Part shown: positions 59,977 through 64,000 of the stretch, piece by piece
Numbering within the stretch: the stretch's first letter is position 1
Layout: each line of letters starts with the position of its first letter
NCBI GenBank assembly: GCA_963579735.1
Contig: CAUZIB010000003.1
Coordinates: forward strand, 1,062 to 65,061
Direction of reading: 5' to 3'
DNA from: Vicinamibacteria bacterium
GTDB taxonomy: Bacteria; Acidobacteriota; Vicinamibacteria; Vicinamibacterales; UBA8438
Length of the DNA stretch: 64,000 bases
Program-made: the position numbers and the translations under genes
The notes under the pieces: model-generated
The model's input: the letters and a program-made list of their open reading frames with translations, nothing else
Told to the model about the DNA's origin: nothing
The model's database searches: none

Positions 59977-60759
59977 ATGACGCGTGTGCTGAGCGCGCTG
60001 GCGCTGCTTCCGATCGTCGTCGGCATCATTTGGTTCCTGGCGCCTATCTGGACGCTAGTCCTGGTCGAAGCGCTTCTCGTTATCGCGCTTCTCGAGTATG
60101 CCAACCTGGTAAGCCACGTCGGATGCCCGATTTCCCGAGCCCCCACCATCATCGGCGCGATCGTGACCTGTGCGGCCGTGGCGCTCGCTCCCATGGCACT
60201 CCCGGCGGTGCTGATGTTGTCGTTCACCCTGGTTGGAGGCTCCGAGCTCATACGCGGTCGTCCCCCGAGCCTCCTTGCGTCGGTAGCCGCGTCGGTGATG
60301 GCGGTCGTCTATCTTGCAATTCCGTGCGGCGCCGTTGTCGCCCTGGGATACGCGAATGGCCGCGAAACGGTCCTCATGTTTGTGCTGACGGTCATGGCCA
60401 GCGATACCGTCCAGTACTACGGAGGAAGAGCCTTTGGACGCCGCCGTCTGGCACCGTCTTTGAGTCCGGGTAAGACCGTAGAAGGCGCGCTCTCTGGTGT
60501 CGTGGCGGCGACCGTGGTGATGCTGGTGGTTGGAGAGTGGTGGTTCACCTCGATGCACCCGGCCGGTCGCGCGTTGCTCGGTCTCACTATGGCCGTCTTT
60601 GGCATCGCCGGTGACCTGTTCGAGTCAGGTCTCAAGCGTGCGGCGAGTCTCAAAGACGCGTCGGCGCTCATCCCTGGACATGGCGGGGTGCTGGACCGTA
60701 TTGACGCGTTCATCTTTGCCGTCCCGGTCTACTATGTGGCGGTCCTTTGGTTCCTATGA
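59977..60759 (+). CDS. cdsA: phosphatidate cytidylyltransferase
   Basis: SPGKT.EG, GDLFES.LKR, PGHGGVLDR.D. Confidence 0.96.
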   Translation: MTRVLSALALLPIVVGIIWFLAPIWTLVLVEALLVIALLEYANLVSHVGCPISRAPTIIGAIVTCAAVALAPMALPAVLMLSFTLVGGSELIRGRPPSLLASVAASVMAVVYLAIPCGAVVALGYANGRETVLMFVLTVMASDTVQYYGGRAFGRRRLAPSLSPGKTVEGALSGVVAATVVMLVVGEWWFTSMHPAGRALLGLTMAVFGIAGDLFESGLKRAASLKDASALIPGHGGVLDRIDAFIFAVPVYYVAVLWFL

Positions 60760-61940
60760 AGATCGCGATTCTCGGCTCGACAGGCTCGATCGGTCAGAGC
60801 GCATTGTCCGTCGTCCAGACACACCGAGATCGACTCGAGGTCGTCGCGCTGGCCGCTGGGCGCAATGTGACGCGCATGAGCGAGCAAGCGCGGGCCCATC
60901 GTCCCTCCCTGGTGACCATGGCCACCGAAGTCGATGCTGCGGGGGTCCGCGATTCGCTTGGGTCCGCGTCGGTCGGCATCGAAATTGGCCCCCCCGGCGG
61001 GGATGGTCTGTATGCGGCAGCCACCCATCCGGACGTTGACCTCGTCTTGTGCGCCACATCGGGTACCGCCGGCTTGGACGCCGTGCTGGGAGCGATCGAG
61101 GCCGGGAAAACGGTCGCGCTGGCAAACAAGGAAGTGCTGGTTATGGCGGGTCGGCTGATGATGGATGCGGCCGAGCGTCATGGTGCGACTCTGATCCCGG
61201 TCGATAGTGAGCACAACGCGATCCACCAGTGTCTCCACGGTCGAGACCGGGCGGAGGTCGCGAAGCTCATCCTTACGGCCTCCGGTGGACCGTTTCGAGA
61301 GTGGCCGGCGGACCGGCTCCAATCGGTCACCGCGGCGGAAGCTCTTGACCATCCAACCTGGGAGATGGGCCAAAAGATCACGATCGATTCCGCCACTCTC
61401 ATGAACAAGGGGCTCGAGGTCATCGAAGCGCGTTGGCTCTTTGACACGCCGGCTGAGCAGATCGACGTGGTCATCCATCCGCAGTCGGTCGTTCACTCGT
61501 TGGTTGCGTTGTGCGATGGATCCGTGATTGCCCAGATGGGTGTGACGGACATGCGACTGCCTATTCAGTATGCGTTCTCGTATCCCCAGCGGTGGGACAC
61601 TTCGTTGCCGGCCCTCGACTTGACCACACGGGGCCGACTCGACTTCGAGCCGCCAGACCTGGACCGGTTTCCGTGCTTGCGACTTGCCTATCAGGCGCTC
61701 GCCGGCCGATCCGAACTTCCCGTCGTGCTCAACGCTGCGAATGAGGTCGCGGTGCATGCGTTTCTCCAAGAACGGGTGGCGTTTTGCGCTATTCCGCAGC
61801 TCATTGGCGATGCGATGGAGGCCGTTGAGGTGCGCGGAATCGGTTCAGCCGACACCCTTGCGGCCGTGCGCGAAGTCGACGCCTGGGCACGTGGGTTTTC
61901 GACAGAAGCCATTCGAAGAGTAGAATCGAGTAAGAGGTAA
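60756..61940 (+). CDS. dxr: 1-deoxy-D-xylulose 5-phosphate reductoisomerase
   Basis: LGSTGSIG, LANKE, PVDSEH, NKGLE.IEA, NAANE. Confidence 0.98.
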   Translation: MKIAILGSTGSIGQSALSVVQTHRDRLEVVALAAGRNVTRMSEQARAHRPSLVTMATEVDAAGVRDSLGSASVGIEIGPPGGDGLYAAATHPDVDLVLCATSGTAGLDAVLGAIEAGKTVALANKEVLVMAGRLMMDAAERHGATLIPVDSEHNAIHQCLHGRDRAEVAKLILTASGGPFREWPADRLQSVTAAEALDHPTWEMGQKITIDSATLMNKGLEVIEARWLFDTPAEQIDVVIHPQSVVHSLVALCDGSVIAQMGVTDMRLPIQYAFSYPQRWDTSLPALDLTTRGRLDFEPPDLDRFPCLRLAYQALAGRSELPVVLNAANEVAVHAFLQERVAFCAIPQLIGDAMEAVEVRGIGSADTLAAVREVDAWARGFSTEAIRRVESSKR

Positions 61941-61967
61941 TAACCATGCAGGTTTCTCTTTAACTAG

Positions 61968-63287
61968 ATGCAGAGCATTCTTGCCTTCGTTTTCGTTATT
62001 GGCGTCCTCGTGTTTGTTCACGAGCTCGGCCATTTCCTCGCGGCACGTCGGGTCGGGATCCGGGTGCTCACTTTTTCTTTGGGCTTTGGTCCGAAACTTC
62101 TCAAGTATCAGCGCGGCGATACCGAGTACTGCGTGTGCGCTCTGCCCCTTGGTGGCTACGTCAAGATGGCGGGCGAAAGCCTCGAAGACAAGCGTACCGG
62201 GGCCGACGACGAGTTCATGTCCAAGACGAAGTGGGAGCGCTTTCAAGTGCTCATCATGGGGCCGGTCATGAACCTCGTCCTCGCAGTGGTCGTGATGACG
62301 TTCGTGCTGTATCAGGGCGCTGAAGTGCCGGACTACGAGGATGCTCCGCCGGTCATTGGGACCGTCGTGGACGGGTCGGCGGCAGATGGAGCCGGTGTCG
62401 AGGTCGGTGATCGGATCGTCAGTGTCGACGGCAGTGCGGTGGCTACGTGGCGGCAGGTTCTTGTCGAGGCGTTGCCCCAGGCGAACCAGGCATTGTCAGT
62501 CGAGATACGGAGCGAGACCGGGCAGCTGCGGACCGTGATGATGACACCCGACTCCGAGGCGACATCGATGGCTGCGGTCTTGGGCGTCGGGCCGGCCATG
62601 GAGCCTCAAATTCGCTCCGTGACCCCCGGACAGCCCGCCGCCGTCGCCGGGGTTCTTGCTGGCGATGTGATCGAGGCCCTGGAAGGTACGCCGGTCTCCA
62701 GCGAAGAGTTGGTCGCTTTCATCAACGGCAGCGCGGGGGAATCGATCGAGATCACAGTTCGCCGAGACGGCGTTCGGCACTCTATCGAGGTCGTCCCGGC
62801 CCTCGTGGGTGACGTGGGATTGATCGGGGTGGCGCTCCATCCGTTCGTCACGCGGATGATAGAACCAGGATTCGGCGAAGCGTTCACCCTGAGTCTCGAG
62901 CGGAACTACGAGCAGGCATCCGCGATTTTTCAGACCCTTGCCGGGTTGTTTACCGCGCGGACGTCGCCTCGTCAATTGGCGGGTCCGATTGGAATCGCTC
63001 AGATGTCTGCAGGCGCTGCCGCGCTCGGGGCGAGCGAGCTGTTTGCTTTCATGTCGTTCCTGTCGCTCAATTTAGGAATTCTCAACCTGCTGCCGGTCCC
63101 GGTCCTCGACGGAGGGCATATCGCCATCATGGCGCTCGAGGGGGTCTCGCGCCGGGACTTCAGCGCGCGGATGAAGGAGCGGATGCTGCTTGTCGGCTTT
63201 GCGCTGCTGATGACGCTGATGGTCACCGTCATTTATAACGACCTGACCCGTGTCTCTTGGATCGAGCGTCTGATGTTCTGGCGATAA
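61968..63287 (+). CDS. rseP: RIP metalloprotease RseP
   Basis: HELGH, two PDZ domains, NLLPVPVLDGG. Confidence 0.96.
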   Translation: MQSILAFVFVIGVLVFVHELGHFLAARRVGIRVLTFSLGFGPKLLKYQRGDTEYCVCALPLGGYVKMAGESLEDKRTGADDEFMSKTKWERFQVLIMGPVMNLVLAVVVMTFVLYQGAEVPDYEDAPPVIGTVVDGSAADGAGVEVGDRIVSVDGSAVATWRQVLVEALPQANQALSVEIRSETGQLRTVMMTPDSEATSMAAVLGVGPAMEPQIRSVTPGQPAAVAGVLAGDVIEALEGTPVSSEELVAFINGSAGESIEITVRRDGVRHSIEVVPALVGDVGLIGVALHPFVTRMIEPGFGEAFTLSLERNYEQASAIFQTLAGLFTARTSPRQLAGPIGIAQMSAGAAALGASELFAFMSFLSLNLGILNLLPVPVLDGGHIAIMALEGVSRRDFSARMKERMLLVGFALLMTLMVTVIYNDLTRVSWIERLMFWR

Positions 63288-63424
63288 GCTTCCCCTCGCG
63301 GACGAGGGCCTACGCGTTTCACCGGCGGTGCCCCACGGTCCAATTCGGCCCGCCGCCGAGATAGCGGCGCTCACCATCTCGTCCGACCTGGATACGTTTG
63401 TGACGTATCCACACCTTGTGAGTC

Positions 63425-64000
63425 ATGCCCAGTTACACCGTACGCGCGGTCTCCCGGGAGCTTTCGCCGATGCTGTCGCTGGCGTTTCCGGTGGTCATCG
63501 CCGAGGTGGGATGGATGGCGATGCAAATCGTCGACATCGGCATGGTGGGACGACTCGGACCCGAAGCGATCGGCGCGGTCGGGGTTGGGAGCGCACTGTT
63601 TCTGGCCTTGTCCGTGTTCGCCATGGGGTTGTTGCTCGGGCTCGATACCCTCATATCTCAGGCGGCTGGGGCGCATCAACCCCAAGAGTGTGCGGTGTGG
63701 CTTCGTCATGGCCTGCTCCTCGCGGCGACGCTGACCGTCCCCCTGACTCTCGCCGCGCGTCTGGTTGCGAGTTCACTGCAGGTGTGGGGACTCACCCCTA
63801 CCGTGTTCGAGCTGACGACCGGTTACTTTGGTGTCGTGACCTGGAGCATGCTTCCCCTCTTGCTCTACTTCGCCCTACGACGCTATCTCCAAGCGATGAA
63901 TTGCGCGCGGCCGGTGATGCTCACCTTGTTGAGCGCAAACCTCATCAACGCGGGGGCCAACTGGTTACTCGTCTTTGGAAATTGGGGTCTTCCGCGGCTC
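63425..64000 (+). CDS. MATE family efflux transporter (NorM-like), runs off the window end
   Basis: Own translation from ATG 63425: ...LSLAFPVVIAEVGWMAMQIVDIGMVGRLGPEAIGAVG...; absent from the ORF track because it has no stop in the window. Confidence 0.9.
   Translation, partial: MPSYTVRAVSRELSPMLSLAFPVVIAEVGWMAMQIVDIGMVGRLGPEAIGAVGVGSALFLALSVFAMGLLLGLDTLISQAAGAHQPQECAVWLRHGLLLAATLTVPLTLAARLVASSLQVWGLTPTVFELTTGYFGVVTWSMLPLLLYFALRRYLQAMNCARPVMLTLLSANLINAGANWLLVFGNWGLPRL

Overview
GC-rich bacterial chromosomal segment, mostly housekeeping. Gene content and protein style suggest Acidobacteriota, probably Vicinamibacterales; this is an inference, not a search result. It carries a split glcD-glcE/glcF glycolate oxidase set, yebC-ruvCAB-fabH-queA-tRNA(CAT), tilS-ftsH-folP-cdaA-cdaR-glmM-pdxJ, nth-queEC, a Gld-like ABC system, pal, pyrKDF, pyrRBC (with a PyrR-binding hairpin), pyrE and truA-uppS-cdsA-dxr-rseP-MATE. 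The most striking accessory system is a compact bacterial microcompartment (BMC) locus at 32.2-36.1 kb. It has a class II aldolase with a C-terminal encapsulation-peptide-like helix, one BMC-H, three different BMC-P vertex proteins, a small Cys/His-rich protein and a 2-hydroxyacid dehydrogenase, but no aldehyde dehydrogenase, alcohol dehydrogenase or phosphotransacylase. A family of about 140-160 bp palindromic intergenic elements with a shared core occurs at least five times. Several accessory genes look eroded: an HprK-like kinase, cdaR, a LiaF-like protein, a cytochrome c and a fragment downstream of the tRNA. No CRISPR array, transposase or integrase was seen.
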